Counted from the stretch's first letter, positions 1-9,003 are shown. The stretch: DNA of 64,000 bases from a candidate division WOR-3 bacterium (GCA_011052815.1 DRIG01000092.1:1916-65915), one strand, 5' to 3'. The notes: generated from the letters alone by a model not told the origin. Translations and numbers: made by a program.

Positions 1-345
1 GCACTGCTTTATTTTTTTCACCTTTTTCTCATTATTATTATCCCCTAACTCTAACTTATCATTTTCAATACCGCCCTGTTTTTCTACGGCTGTCCTGAGC
101 ATCCTTTCTAATTCTCTTGATTCAACTGCCTTTTGTTTTGAAGCAAAGAAAGCAACCCTACTAATTTGCTCCTTGCTATTTATAGAAAGTGGAGTTGCTA
201 CTGTATTTAACTCTTTTGTATCCTCTGTTCTTAAAGCAGTATAATCCAATATCTCCCTTATTAGGAAAATTTGAATAGTCTTTGCTCCAATGATGGGCTC
301 TGGTTTTTCAACCAAGTAATCTCCTAACAAAGTGTTTATATCCAT
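1..345 (-). CDS. Hypothetical protein, N-terminal part only (gene continues past the left edge); last visible gene of the cas6/HD-protein operon
   Basis: Minus-strand ATG at 343-345 preceded by AGGAGGA-like RBS (plus-strand tcctcct at 350-356). Open frame runs to position 1. It lies 25 bp downstream of the 215-aa gene. Translation starts MDINTLLGDYLVEKPEP... with no recognisable motif. Confidence 0.35.
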   Translation of the reverse strand, partial: MDINTLLGDYLVEKPEPIIGAKTIQIFLIREILDYTALRTEDTKELNTVATPLSINSKEQISRVAFFASKQKAVESRELERMLRTAVEKQGGIENDKLELGDNNNEKKVKKIKQC

Positions 346-370
346 TCTTTCCTCCTTTTTTGTTTTACTA

Positions 371-1018
371 TCAGTCATTATTAACCTCCTCTATATCTAT
401 AATCTTTTTTCCTAAATCCTTGTGTTGTTGCCAGAAATTTCTGATATCTTCTTTTTGCTTTTCGTTACCTTCTTTAAAGTATTTTCCAGTTTTTGTAGGA
501 AACCTTATATCATTCCAATCTGTTATATGCTGTTTTCCCCATTTTGATTTTAAATCATTAAGTTTATTATTATATGTTTTTTTAAGATAGTTGATAAAAT
601 CTTCTCTAATTTGCTCTAACTCCTGTATATTCTTTTTCCGCCGACAGAAATATACCTCGTAATCTATCATTTCCATTACTCTGGGAAGCTCTGTTGGTAA
701 TAATTCCTGTCTGAAATTTAGTAACTCATCGATTGCCTTTTCCATAACTTGTATTGCTTCATTGCTTACATAACCAGAAATTCTATTCATTTCGTGCATT
801 CTCAGAGCCCGCGCTTTTATGAATTCTGGCGTATTTTTTCTATTTTTTGACATTTCGATAATTTTTGAGACTGGTCCCATGACGCTATATTTACTGGACG
901 TGTTGGAGACAGAATAAAAATCTAGATATTCGCTTAGTTTTTTCACCAAGTTATTAATCTTTTCTTTTCTTTCTTTCAGGTTAATTTCGCCTGAAGTTAC
1001 CATAATAATTGACCTCAT
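371..1018 (-). CDS. Hypothetical all-alpha protein, 215 aa; possible Cas11-like small subunit (speculative)
   Basis: Start overlaps the stop of the upstream 944-aa gene by 4 bp (ATGA coupling). K/E/L-rich helical composition with no catalytic motifs. Position right after a Cas10-like gene matches the csm2/cas11 slot, but 215 aa is larger than typical Cas11. Confidence 0.3.
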   Translation of the reverse strand: MRSIIMVTSGEINLKERKEKINNLVKKLSEYLDFYSVSNTSSKYSVMGPVSKIIEMSKNRKNTPEFIKARALRMHEMNRISGYVSNEAIQVMEKAIDELLNFRQELLPTELPRVMEMIDYEVYFCRRKKNIQELEQIREDFINYLKKTYNNKLNDLKSKWGKQHITDWNDIRFPTKTGKYFKEGNEKQKEDIRNFWQQHKDLGKKIIDIEEVNND

Positions 1019-3849
1019 TGTAATACCTCCTTTGTGTTTTCTATGAGGTTATATGTTTCAATATGACCTGCGTAGTTCGTCCTCTTCCCAGCCTTTTTAT
1101 TTTTCTCATCCTGCATTTCAATCCTTCTCAATATATGCCCTTCAGTTCTGGCTGTTAATATTTCAAAAAGACCTGTTCTATCTGAATATGCTGTTTTAAG
1201 TGTTAAGATAATTGCTGAAGCAATTGCTTTTAGCCATTTTTTTGCAGAGTAAATGAGCTTTCCTTTGGAGTTAATATAGTCATAATCTCTAATCCATTCA
1301 TCACCCACTATCTGTCTGATAAGATGGTTCTCTGGCACATATACCAACCCCCGTCTCTGAGTTATGTCTATTTTATTTATTTTATCAGTAATTGCCACAG
1401 CACAATTCAATTTAAGAGCAAGGATAATGGAGATGAATAACTCTCTGAAGGCACCGTTAACCTCTGCTTCATTTCCCCATTTTATTGGATTAATTAAAGG
1501 AACTATTACCACATTAGCTGTTTGGGCAATGATTTTATAAGTTTCTCTTATTTTATATGCTCTTTTAACAACTTCTCTTGCTAATTCTATTCTGTTATTT
1601 CTCAAATCATTCCAGAAATCATGCCAATTCTTATAATTTTCTCCCCATTCTCTATTTATGATCTCCAGAGCCTTATTATAATCTTTTTCCTTGCCTTTTA
1701 TAGGTAGATTTTCCTCTTCAAAATATTTGATTAATTCATCTGTTAAAGCTTTATCAATTTTTTCTTCCTTTTGTTTTGTTATTACCAAATCTTCCAGATT
1801 TTTTGTGTCAATGTCATCAAAATACTGTAAAACATTCTGTGCAATATTATAAGTTTTAGATAAATCCATCCTGAGTTCTGGGTTGTCAGTTAATCCAGAC
1901 ATTAAACTCTCTGCACGCTGTTTGATTCTAAACACTTTATCTATAAATTGCTTACCCAACTGTTGAGAAAAGTTAAATTGAGGGAAGAGATAGATGGTTT
2001 TGTCCAAGGGACCATTGATTTTAGTTAAGATCTGCCTTAAATATATTTCGCTTCTACAAGCTTCACATATCACTATTTTCCCAGCCTTTCCATGGCATAC
2101 CGCTCTATTTGTAAAAGCCTCTGGGTTGTCTACAATGTCACTCGTTGTTTTTTTACCTCTATCAAAAAATCTATTGCAAATAGGACAAAGATGAATGCCT
2201 GTTTCCTTCTTCGTATTTAGTTTTGATTTTTTATAATATTTTAGCTCCTCTACAGAATTTATCTTTTCTCTTAATGGATAAACAATATCCTCCGTAAAAT
2301 CCTTGGCCATTTTCTCCGATATTCTTCTTTCAGGTTTGTGTCGTATATCAACTCTTTGCCAAATCCAATTCAATAATCCCCGAAGAATATCCAACCTTTT
2401 CTTTTTATCTAAATTCTTAACTACCAAATCCCGGCTCAAACTCTTATCTTTTAGTTTATCTAAAATTTCAACTGTTTTGAGCTTCCAAAAAGGAATAACA
2501 GAATAGGCAAATTCATGAGGATAATCATTGTTTGACATTGACATTAATTTCTCAAAATTCCCTTCTCCAAATATGCTGTTATATATGGATTTTACTTCGT
2601 CTTTTATGTCAATTCCCCATATCTCTTTATCAATGGATGCTTTAAAAAATTTAAATAGAGCCACTTCATCTTGGCATTCAATAATTCTATAGCAATAATC
2701 TTTTATTTGATTTAATAAATTACCATTATTATCTTTCTTTAATGTTTTTACTTTTTCATCTATATTTTTATCCTTTTTTATCTTATTTTTAGTAATAACT
2801 TTCTCCTCTTCCTTCCAGACTGAAAAATAAATATATGATTCTAAAATTTTTCTTACATCAGGTTTATCCATATTATCTTGAAATTTAGATAATGACTCTT
2901 TCCATTTGTTAGACATAAATTTTTTTAGAAATTTTTGGAATTCAGATGGATTTCTTCTTCCTCTTACTTTTTCTAAATATGTTTTATATTCACTGTAATC
3001 GAATAGTTCTGGTCTTGGGATAGGCTTATTATCCATTATTACATGAGGAACAACCCCATTTATTACATCAGTTTTAATTTTATTCTCAACTAAGTTTTTT
3101 AGCCTATCAATTATTTCATTGCTTGTAGGATTATTTTTTTCCCTTAAACTCACATATATAGTTCCTTCAGGAAAGTATAAAAGCGGTGTCCAACCTTTTT
3201 TTTCATAAGACTCTTGACAAGCTTTATGCAAGAATGTAGAAGAAACACCTCTTATGTTTATCTGATAATAAGTAGAGTAAAAATACTTAGAAAGAGAAAA
3301 TCTCGAAGGATTATTCAATAAAATATAAGCTTCTAAAGGACTGGAACAGGAAACAAGATTATCAACTGAAGCAATAATATTAGAAATATCCTTCCATTTT
3401 TCTGTCTTATGCTTTGCGATAACAGAAGAAATTATATTGCCATCAGTTTTAGTCGAGGACATATGAAATTTTATCGCATCAATAACCGAATTTATATCCT
3501 TAATACCAAAAATATTTGACAATTGCCCTACAATTTCTTGAATCAAGTCATCATCTATATGTTTTGGGGGTTTTCTATTTTCCTTAACTGCTTTCTGCCA
3601 CTCATCTTTTTCTTTCCCCACGTCATGTGCGATAGCAGAAATTAACAAAACCTTCTCTTCTTCATTTGAGAAAACTTTCTTTTCTCTCAATAAATCCAAT
3701 AACTTTTCAACAACATCATAAGTTATTAAAGAATGTTCTAATAATGTTTGATTAAAAGGAAAAGTTTTGCCAATTTTATTCTGCCACCCTCTCGCCTTAA
3801 ATAGTCTTAATAGTTGCGCTCTATATTTACTCACAATAAACCCCGCCAT
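1015..3849 (-). CDS. HD-domain large protein with four-Cys zinc finger, 944 aa; Cas10-family large subunit candidate (Csm1/Cas10d/Csx11-like), probably cyclase-inactive
   Basis: N-terminal HD motifs (LLEHSL..., ISAIAHDVGK, FHMSS). Central C-x2-C...C-x2-C zinc finger (CPICN...CEACR). No Walker A, so not a Cas3 helicase. Located downstream of cas6 on the same strand. A possible degenerate GGDD is seen as 'YFDDID'. Confidence 0.4.
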   Translation of the reverse strand: MAGFIVSKYRAQLLRLFKARGWQNKIGKTFPFNQTLLEHSLITYDVVEKLLDLLREKKVFSNEEEKVLLISAIAHDVGKEKDEWQKAVKENRKPPKHIDDDLIQEIVGQLSNIFGIKDINSVIDAIKFHMSSTKTDGNIISSVIAKHKTEKWKDISNIIASVDNLVSCSSPLEAYILLNNPSRFSLSKYFYSTYYQINIRGVSSTFLHKACQESYEKKGWTPLLYFPEGTIYVSLREKNNPTSNEIIDRLKNLVENKIKTDVINGVVPHVIMDNKPIPRPELFDYSEYKTYLEKVRGRRNPSEFQKFLKKFMSNKWKESLSKFQDNMDKPDVRKILESYIYFSVWKEEEKVITKNKIKKDKNIDEKVKTLKKDNNGNLLNQIKDYCYRIIECQDEVALFKFFKASIDKEIWGIDIKDEVKSIYNSIFGEGNFEKLMSMSNNDYPHEFAYSVIPFWKLKTVEILDKLKDKSLSRDLVVKNLDKKKRLDILRGLLNWIWQRVDIRHKPERRISEKMAKDFTEDIVYPLREKINSVEELKYYKKSKLNTKKETGIHLCPICNRFFDRGKKTTSDIVDNPEAFTNRAVCHGKAGKIVICEACRSEIYLRQILTKINGPLDKTIYLFPQFNFSQQLGKQFIDKVFRIKQRAESLMSGLTDNPELRMDLSKTYNIAQNVLQYFDDIDTKNLEDLVITKQKEEKIDKALTDELIKYFEEENLPIKGKEKDYNKALEIINREWGENYKNWHDFWNDLRNNRIELAREVVKRAYKIRETYKIIAQTANVVIVPLINPIKWGNEAEVNGAFRELFISIILALKLNCAVAITDKINKIDITQRRGLVYVPENHLIRQIVGDEWIRDYDYINSKGKLIYSAKKWLKAIASAIILTLKTAYSDRTGLFEILTARTEGHILRRIEMQDEKNKKAGKRTNYAGHIETYNLIENTKEVLQ

Positions 3850-4004
3850 CTACAAATGGATTTCCGGTCAAGGTGAAATATCCTGTCTGCTTAGAAGCCT
3901 TTATCCCTTCAATCACTTTACACCATTCCCTTCTTTCTTACTCCATATATTATATTTATCTTTTATGCCATTTCAATACCATTTTTCACCGCCAGAATTC
4001 AAAT

Positions 4005-4090
4005 AAAAAAGGTATGTTCTCAGCAGTATCTGCTGAAGTAAACATACCTTCTCTTTTCTTCATTATATATATTATTACCCCATAGTCAAG
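4005..4090. repeat. Copy 1 of a repeated element: hairpin (AAGGTATG..TCAGCAG-loop-CTGCTGA..CATACCTT) flanked by A-run and T-rich run, followed by conserved tail CATTATATATATTAT...AGTCAAG
   Basis: Near-identical to 16609-16700. The hairpin plus T-run reads as an intrinsic terminator on the minus strand (after cas6). It is also T-rich on the plus side. Confidence 0.6.
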
Positions 4091-4111
4091 AAAAACCAAC
4101 ATATCCTAATA

Positions 4112-4855
4112 TCATCCATACTTTTCAATCATCCCGAATCCCTGACTGTTTTTTGCCCCCAGTCCGCAGTCAAATGCGATTCTAATCAATGAAGCCGAAC
4201 CCCTTAATATGTATATTCCAGACCAGGCTTTAATCACGGTCTTTTTGTAAAAAATAATATGAAGATTACGTTTTGATACCTTTTTTGGCTCTATAGAAAA
4301 AGTTAATCCTTCTTCAGTTTCACCATGATTAAGCAAGGCATATTTCTTAAATAAATTCTCTTTTATCAACCGGGAGAAATCAGGTTCAAACGGTGAATAA
4401 TAATAAGTCTTTTTCTTATTATCACGTGTCAAAAGCGTACTATAAACAGTAATCGGGGAAAGAACCCGAATTATTATCTCCTCACCATATTTTTCAGAAA
4501 AAGGGACTTCTATGCTATCAACAGAGCAAAAATTGCTGCCCAGTTTGAATTTTCCTTTGCGTGCAAGGCTGGCGGCGAATGATTCTAAAATCTCGGTAAT
4601 CGGTGAAGCAATCCACAGACTGCATTTGCCTGGATAGACAATCACATCTTCCTGTTGTATAAATTTACCATAGATACGGGAAAACGTAAAGAGACGAAAC
4701 CGCCTCTTTTCATATTGGTAACCCCGGTCATGAACAAATCGGGCGATGTGTCGGCTTAAATTTCTATAGATAAACGCCTGCACCAAATAGTTGTGATGCC
4801 TGGGAAGCATAACTCCCTTTTTTGATAATGCACTGAAACTTATCTTTATCCTCAA
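4112..4855 (-). CDS. cas6: CRISPR-associated endoribonuclease Cas6
   Basis: 247 aa. N-terminal ferredoxin-like segment resembling Cas6 (MRIKISF...LPRHHNYLVQAFIYRNL...RLFTFSRIYG). C-terminal glycine-rich loop GLGAKNSQGFGMIE (GhGxxxxxGhG). About 40% GC versus about 30% in the neighbouring genes. Confidence 0.65.
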   Translation of the reverse strand: MRIKISFSALSKKGVMLPRHHNYLVQAFIYRNLSRHIARFVHDRGYQYEKRRFRLFTFSRIYGKFIQQEDVIVYPGKCSLWIASPITEILESFAASLARKGKFKLGSNFCSVDSIEVPFSEKYGEEIIIRVLSPITVYSTLLTRDNKKKTYYYSPFEPDFSRLIKENLFKKYALLNHGETEEGLTFSIEPKKVSKRNLHIIFYKKTVIKAWSGIYILRGSASLIRIAFDCGLGAKNSQGFGMIEKYG

Positions 4856-4914
4856 TTACACTCCTATTTCCTCTATACTCAGTTATTATTAAAGTTTACC
4901 CATGTTTTCGCCCA

Positions 4915-4975
4915 AGTCAAGCAGAATTAGTGGATGCGCCAACACATCGCTGTCAGGGGAAATTGGGTAAGTTAG
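4915..4975. repeat. Partial copy (tail half) of the repeated element, starting AGTCAAGCAGA
   Basis: Matches 16693-16756 (AGTCAAGCAGA...CGCT.GACAGG...GGGTAAG). Lies immediately upstream of the cas6 start. Confidence 0.45.
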
Positions 4976-5179
4976 TTAAGATGGTATTAAGGTACCATAG
5001 ATTATGTACAACAGCGAATTTTAATTCACCATTAAGGAAATAATTACCCTGAGAGTTTATCAATGTAAGTATTGCTTCACAAGGCTTACCTCTGGTTAAA
5101 CGCTTATGTCTTTCCTCTTGAGTCTCCATGTGTTATTTCCTTCTATCATTTCCTTAATAAAATTTTCACAAAACCTTAT

Positions 5180-5196
5180 AAATTTTCTCATAGGTA
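5180..5196 (-). promoter_or_regulatory. Island motif copy m1 (AATTTTCTCATAGGTAA)
   Basis: Member of a six-copy family with consensus AATTTTTCATARGTGA. Confidence 0.4.
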
Positions 5197-5242
5197 ACGC
5201 CACATGTCTATATTAGAATTCGAAAATGAGTCTATGTCAATT

Positions 5243-5268
5243 CTCTACGCAGTGCGTAGAGTTTTTTC
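5243..5268 (+). terminator. Orphan intrinsic-terminator-like hairpin CTCTACGCA-G-TGCGTAGAG followed by TTTTTTC
   Basis: Perfect 9-bp inverted repeat followed by a T-run, read directly. No annotated plus-strand gene lies upstream. Confidence 0.4.
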
Positions 5269-5285
5269 AGGAAGTGGAACATACT

Positions 5286-5315
5286 CTGTCATTCTGGTAA
5301 TTACCAGAATGACAG
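5286..5315. promoter_or_regulatory. 30-bp perfect palindrome CTGTCATTCTGGTAA|TTACCAGAATGACAG (candidate operator or hairpin)
   Basis: Exact reverse-complement symmetry in the 570-bp noncoding region upstream of cas6. Confidence 0.4.
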
Positions 5316-5393
5316 AATGTTTATGAATAGGGCTTGGAAGTGGATAAATAGTATTCATAGAGGTACTGGGAAATCACCTGGAGTATCATTCTG

Positions 5394-5410
5394 CAATTTT
5401 TCATAGATGA
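5394..5410 (-). promoter_or_regulatory. Island motif copy m2 (CAATTTTTCATAGATGA)
   Basis: Same family. Lies just downstream of the stop of the 113-aa gene. Confidence 0.4.
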
Positions 5411-5425
5411 GGCTAAATTGTTCAA

Positions 5426-5767
5426 TTATACTTCAGCCCAATCATTCCATCCACAATTGGGGCAGCTGATTTCTAATATAGTAGTATAGTCATCGCCCAT
5501 TATTCTTTCTTTTAATTTATCTAAAGGAGCATTACAGTTCGGACATGCGACGTGTTGAAAAACTGGATGTGGTTTTATAGTACCTTTATTAATTTCTTTT
5601 TGGAACAAGGCTGTTAATTCCTCCAAACTTGGAGTTACTTCGGGTAATTTTTCAATTAATGGTTTTGCCCACTCTGGTGCCTTAACAGACGATTTTTTAT
5701 AATAATAACGAGTAATTACCCAAGATATGACTCCACCTAAGATAGCGCCTCCAATTAATTCAATCAT
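5426..5767 (-). CDS. Small membrane-anchored zinc-ribbon protein (113 aa)
   Basis: N-terminal hydrophobic helix (LIGGAILGGVISWVITRYYY). C-terminal CPNC...CPNC pair. Confidence 0.5.
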   Translation of the reverse strand: MIELIGGAILGGVISWVITRYYYKKSSVKAPEWAKPLIEKLPEVTPSLEELTALFQKEINKGTIKPHPVFQHVACPNCNAPLDKLKERIMGDDYTTILEISCPNCGWNDWAEV

Positions 5768-5856
5768 TCTTCCTCCAAATTTTCATAAATCCCCTTAAAC
5801 TGGTCCAAGGCGAATTTGAGGTTTTTGGCATACTTATTGTTGAAGATATCAGTCTG

Positions 5857-5874
5857 TAATTTTTTCATAGGTGA
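5857..5874 (-). promoter_or_regulatory. Island motif copy m3 (TAATTTTTTCATAGGTGA)
   Basis: About 90 nt upstream of the 113-aa gene start. Confidence 0.45.
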
Positions 5875-5875
5875 C

Positions 5876-6628
5876 TCAAGATTGTTTCTTGTTATGTTTT
5901 TGTAAATCAAATAAAGGGATGTTTTCACCTGGTCCAGACAACCATTTGTTATTACCAGATTTTTTAAGCCTTATAATAATTATGTCGATAGCTCCACAAA
6001 TAGCTTTTTGGGTAACTTCAGCAAGTTTTACTAACCAGAATAGATCACCCGCCCAGCCTCTCTCCTCTTGTTTAATACCATCAACTAAATTCACATCAAG
6101 TTTCTTTGATAATAATACAACAACTTCATCTTCCAATCTGTATATGAGAGATTTATGTTTCAGCTTGTAAAAAGCAGGTAGAATAATATCAGTAATTGGA
6201 GCAACCTTCTTCATCCAATTAATGTTCTTCTGCAGACTATTAACAACATATTCAACCTCATTATCAGTCAAATTTGAATGCTCTGATTTATAAATAGAAT
6301 ACAAATCTTCTCTTGAAAGAATCTCTGTTTCACTATTCAATTTCCCAAATGGTTTAGTTAACCAGTTATAGAGATCTATCGGAGCGGGGTGATATGCTGC
6401 ACAATAAAATGCCAACCAGGTTTCCCAGTAGAAAAAAAATTGTTCAAGCGCTAGTAGATGTAGCAATTTCTTTTCTGTCACATCTTCAGTCATGCTATGC
6501 TTCTTTGCCATCAATTTAATAAGTAATGGTCTTGCTTTTACGGCGAAGTTTTTATAATCGTTCAGAAATGAAATGGGGGTAGGCCATTTGTTGGTTATTG
6601 AATCTTTAATCTCATTAGTATTAACCAT
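5876..6628 (-). CDS. Hypothetical protein (250 aa)
   Basis: Long ORF consistent in codon usage with the neighbouring island genes. No recognisable motif. Confidence 0.45.
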   Translation of the reverse strand: MVNTNEIKDSITNKWPTPISFLNDYKNFAVKARPLLIKLMAKKHSMTEDVTEKKLLHLLALEQFFFYWETWLAFYCAAYHPAPIDLYNWLTKPFGKLNSETEILSREDLYSIYKSEHSNLTDNEVEYVVNSLQKNINWMKKVAPITDIILPAFYKLKHKSLIYRLEDEVVVLLSKKLDVNLVDGIKQEERGWAGDLFWLVKLAEVTQKAICGAIDIIIIRLKKSGNNKWLSGPGENIPLFDLQKHNKKQS

Positions 6629-6652
6629 TTCATCTCCTTTTGTTTCCTTGTT

Positions 6653-6669
6653 AAATTTTTCATAGGTGA
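6653..6669 (-). promoter_or_regulatory. Island motif copy m4 (AAATTTTTCATAGGTGA)
   Basis: About 25-40 nt upstream of the 250-aa gene start. A partial second copy (CTCATAGG) follows. Confidence 0.45.
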
Positions 6670-6694
6670 GCTCATAGGCCTCACTAGTAACTAA

Positions 6695-8266
6695 TTATCC
6701 TCCGGTAATTTCTCCATTATTAAAAAGCCAATGAAAATCACCATCGTCATATGGAATTATAGGTCCATTGTTAAATTTGAGAAGGATTGTCATACGACTT
6801 TCAGCAATTTTTTTAAGTTCATTAATATCTTTTGTTTTTCCCATCTCGGTCAAACCCATTTTCAAAATACTTATCCTCATTTTTGTTATTTCTTCAACTT
6901 TATTCTTAAATTTTCCTTGCAGATAATTTTGAACCCATTCGTTTGCTCGTATACTTCTTTCAAAAAAAATTTGAAAATCATATCGCTCTTTTATACTGGA
7001 AGCAGTTTTTTGTAGTAATTGCTCAATTAAATCGAATGCTTCTTTCTCGAGGGTCTTATCTGAACTAAATCTCCCTACCATGTGCGAATATATCAATCCA
7101 GCTAATATGTTCAAAAAATCAACATTTCGTAAGTTGTAGCCGCTGTATATTTGCCAAAACAAAGGTTCTTTAACAAGTTCTAAGGCATATCTGTAATTCA
7201 AAGCTCCAAAATACTCCTGGGCTGATTTTAACGGGTTCTTCATAGCTTCAAAATATGGCCGCTCGGTTGTTTTTCTTACAAAACTACTAATTGTTAGTAT
7301 TTTGTTGTTTTGAAAAATTTCTTCAGTCCTAAAAGCAGCGGGGATTATTGAACGTTTTAGGGCTTCATGTTTTATATTATTCTTTAAAATAGTAAAGGGA
7401 TCCGGATTAACAAGAATAAGTTTCAGTTTATCATTCCTTTTTAGTACTTCAATAAATATGTCCTGGATATGCTGATCACGCATACTATATCCAATTATGA
7501 TACATTGACTCACTTCTTCAAGACGGTTCCGCAGCTCATTCATTGCATATGCTAATGGAGCAACATGAATTGGCTTTCCTGTAACTGGATAGGCGATAAG
7601 CTGTTCCAATTCCTCACCAGTAATAAGTGTGTTATATTCTTGTGGCACTCTTTGTAGTACTTTATAGAATGCACCTTCCACTGTCCGATACCATAGTACT
7701 GAACCATGCAATTTTAATAATCGTACATCCACTCCATCAAGATTATCAAATCGCGTTGGATCCCAATAGAGAGCAAATCCGTCTTCTAATCTATATTTGT
7801 TTTTATAGCAAAAAACCTCTAGAACATCATCATAGTTTACTGAAAAGATATCAAGTGGTTTGACTGCATTAAATATATCATTTAAGGGATAATACGCATC
7901 CAACTTCGTTTTAGGATCAATAATACATTTCTCACGTATCAAATTTTCCAGTTCTAATTTAGTAGTCTTTCTGATTTCTTCGTTAAACTCTGAAAAACCC
8001 TCTTTCTCTTGCCATGCGGACATCTCAACCGTATTGCCAGATGCAAGACGATAAAGAATATCCATAAGTATTTCAAGATCTATATCTGCTGTTCCTGCAG
8101 TAGTCATATATTTCTTTATCAAAAGAAAATACTTGTGGTAGCTGTCACCTTTTTCCCTAAGTCTATTCTCAAATAAAGATACAAATTCATTCATTAAAGG
8201 AACTCCGGCTGGTTTTGAAAAACCTGCGCCGACAAACAAAATTATATCTGTTTTGTTATCAGCCAT
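6695..8266 (-). CDS. SIR2-family (DHS-like NAD-binding) domain protein, 523 aa; defence-type sirtuin-like NADase candidate
   Basis: N-terminal motifs ILFVGAGFSKPAGVPLMNEF, NYDDVLE and KLHGS match the SIR2_2 family. C-terminal ~200 aa is helical and of unknown function. Confidence 0.55.
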   Translation of the reverse strand: MADNKTDIILFVGAGFSKPAGVPLMNEFVSLFENRLREKGDSYHKYFLLIKKYMTTAGTADIDLEILMDILYRLASGNTVEMSAWQEKEGFSEFNEEIRKTTKLELENLIREKCIIDPKTKLDAYYPLNDIFNAVKPLDIFSVNYDDVLEVFCYKNKYRLEDGFALYWDPTRFDNLDGVDVRLLKLHGSVLWYRTVEGAFYKVLQRVPQEYNTLITGEELEQLIAYPVTGKPIHVAPLAYAMNELRNRLEEVSQCIIIGYSMRDQHIQDIFIEVLKRNDKLKLILVNPDPFTILKNNIKHEALKRSIIPAAFRTEEIFQNNKILTISSFVRKTTERPYFEAMKNPLKSAQEYFGALNYRYALELVKEPLFWQIYSGYNLRNVDFLNILAGLIYSHMVGRFSSDKTLEKEAFDLIEQLLQKTASSIKERYDFQIFFERSIRANEWVQNYLQGKFKNKVEEITKMRISILKMGLTEMGKTKDINELKKIAESRMTILLKFNNGPIIPYDDGDFHWLFNNGEITGG

Positions 8267-8351
8267 GATTATCCTTTAGTTTCTCCTTCCACAATTTTTA
8301 ATCTGCTCTTGTTGTGCACAGAAATTAATCGCTGTTGTAATTCATTATTAT

Positions 8352-8942
8352 TCATCTCTTATAATCCTTCCTTTTTTCTTTGCGGGCTTGATACATTCTT
8401 TCTGTAAAACCGCCTTCAGCAAGAAAAGATTTTTCCAGACTTTTTAACTGCCTGCCTAAGAGATAACTCGCCTGATTGATGAGACAGATAATCGTGTTTG
8501 CTGCAACTTCTGCTGAAGCTTCCTTGATGCGGTAGGGATCTGACTTGTCCGACTCGTCTGACCGAGTAGACAAATATTTTCTTCTCACGGCAAGCGCTTC
8601 GGCTGAATTCTTGTCCCATCTGCGAAGTTTGTGCTGGCGTAGGAAATCTTCGTAATCAAGCAACAACTCTTCTAAACTGGCGCGGGCGATGCCGGTTAAT
8701 TTGAGCTCGATTTTCCTGGAGATGGCAGATGCCATACTGCCTTCAGCAATATTTTGCACACCACTGCGTGCCGCCTGTACCATCTGGTCATAAGTGCGCG
8801 AACGCTTATCAATAAACCGCTCACAAAATATCACAGTTGCATCATATACAAGCTGAGCAGTTTGAAAACTCTTGAGCTTTCGATAACCGCCATGCGGCGG
8901 GATTAAACTATTGCTTTTTGAATTTTTATTTATCGCTCTCAC
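8352..8942 (-). CDS. Four-helix-bundle protein (23S rRNA intervening-sequence protein family), GTG start
   Basis: RSGVQNIAEGS motif typical of the family. About 47% GC against ~30% in its neighbours. Confidence 0.5.
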   Translation of the reverse strand: MRAINKNSKSNSLIPPHGGYRKLKSFQTAQLVYDATVIFCERFIDKRSRTYDQMVQAARSGVQNIAEGSMASAISRKIELKLTGIARASLEELLLDYEDFLRQHKLRRWDKNSAEALAVRRKYLSTRSDESDKSDPYRIKEASAEVAANTIICLINQASYLLGRQLKSLEKSFLAEGGFTERMYQARKEKRKDYKR

Positions 8943-9003
8943 TCCTCACACCCTCCTTGCTTTTTCAAGGCGGTTTTTGAGGTTAGAAAATGGATATGTT
9001 AAG

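Noticed and set aside
360-4085. Plus-strand ORFs 360-590, 1994-2194, 2303-2506, 3767-4006 and 3873-4085 in the AT-rich region
   Set aside because: They are antisense to or overlap strong minus-strand genes or the repeat element. Their low-complexity F/L/S-rich translations are typical of AT-rich antisense frames.
8416-8619. 67-aa ORF inside the four-helix-bundle gene
   Set aside because: Same strand but a different frame, nested within a conserved-family gene.
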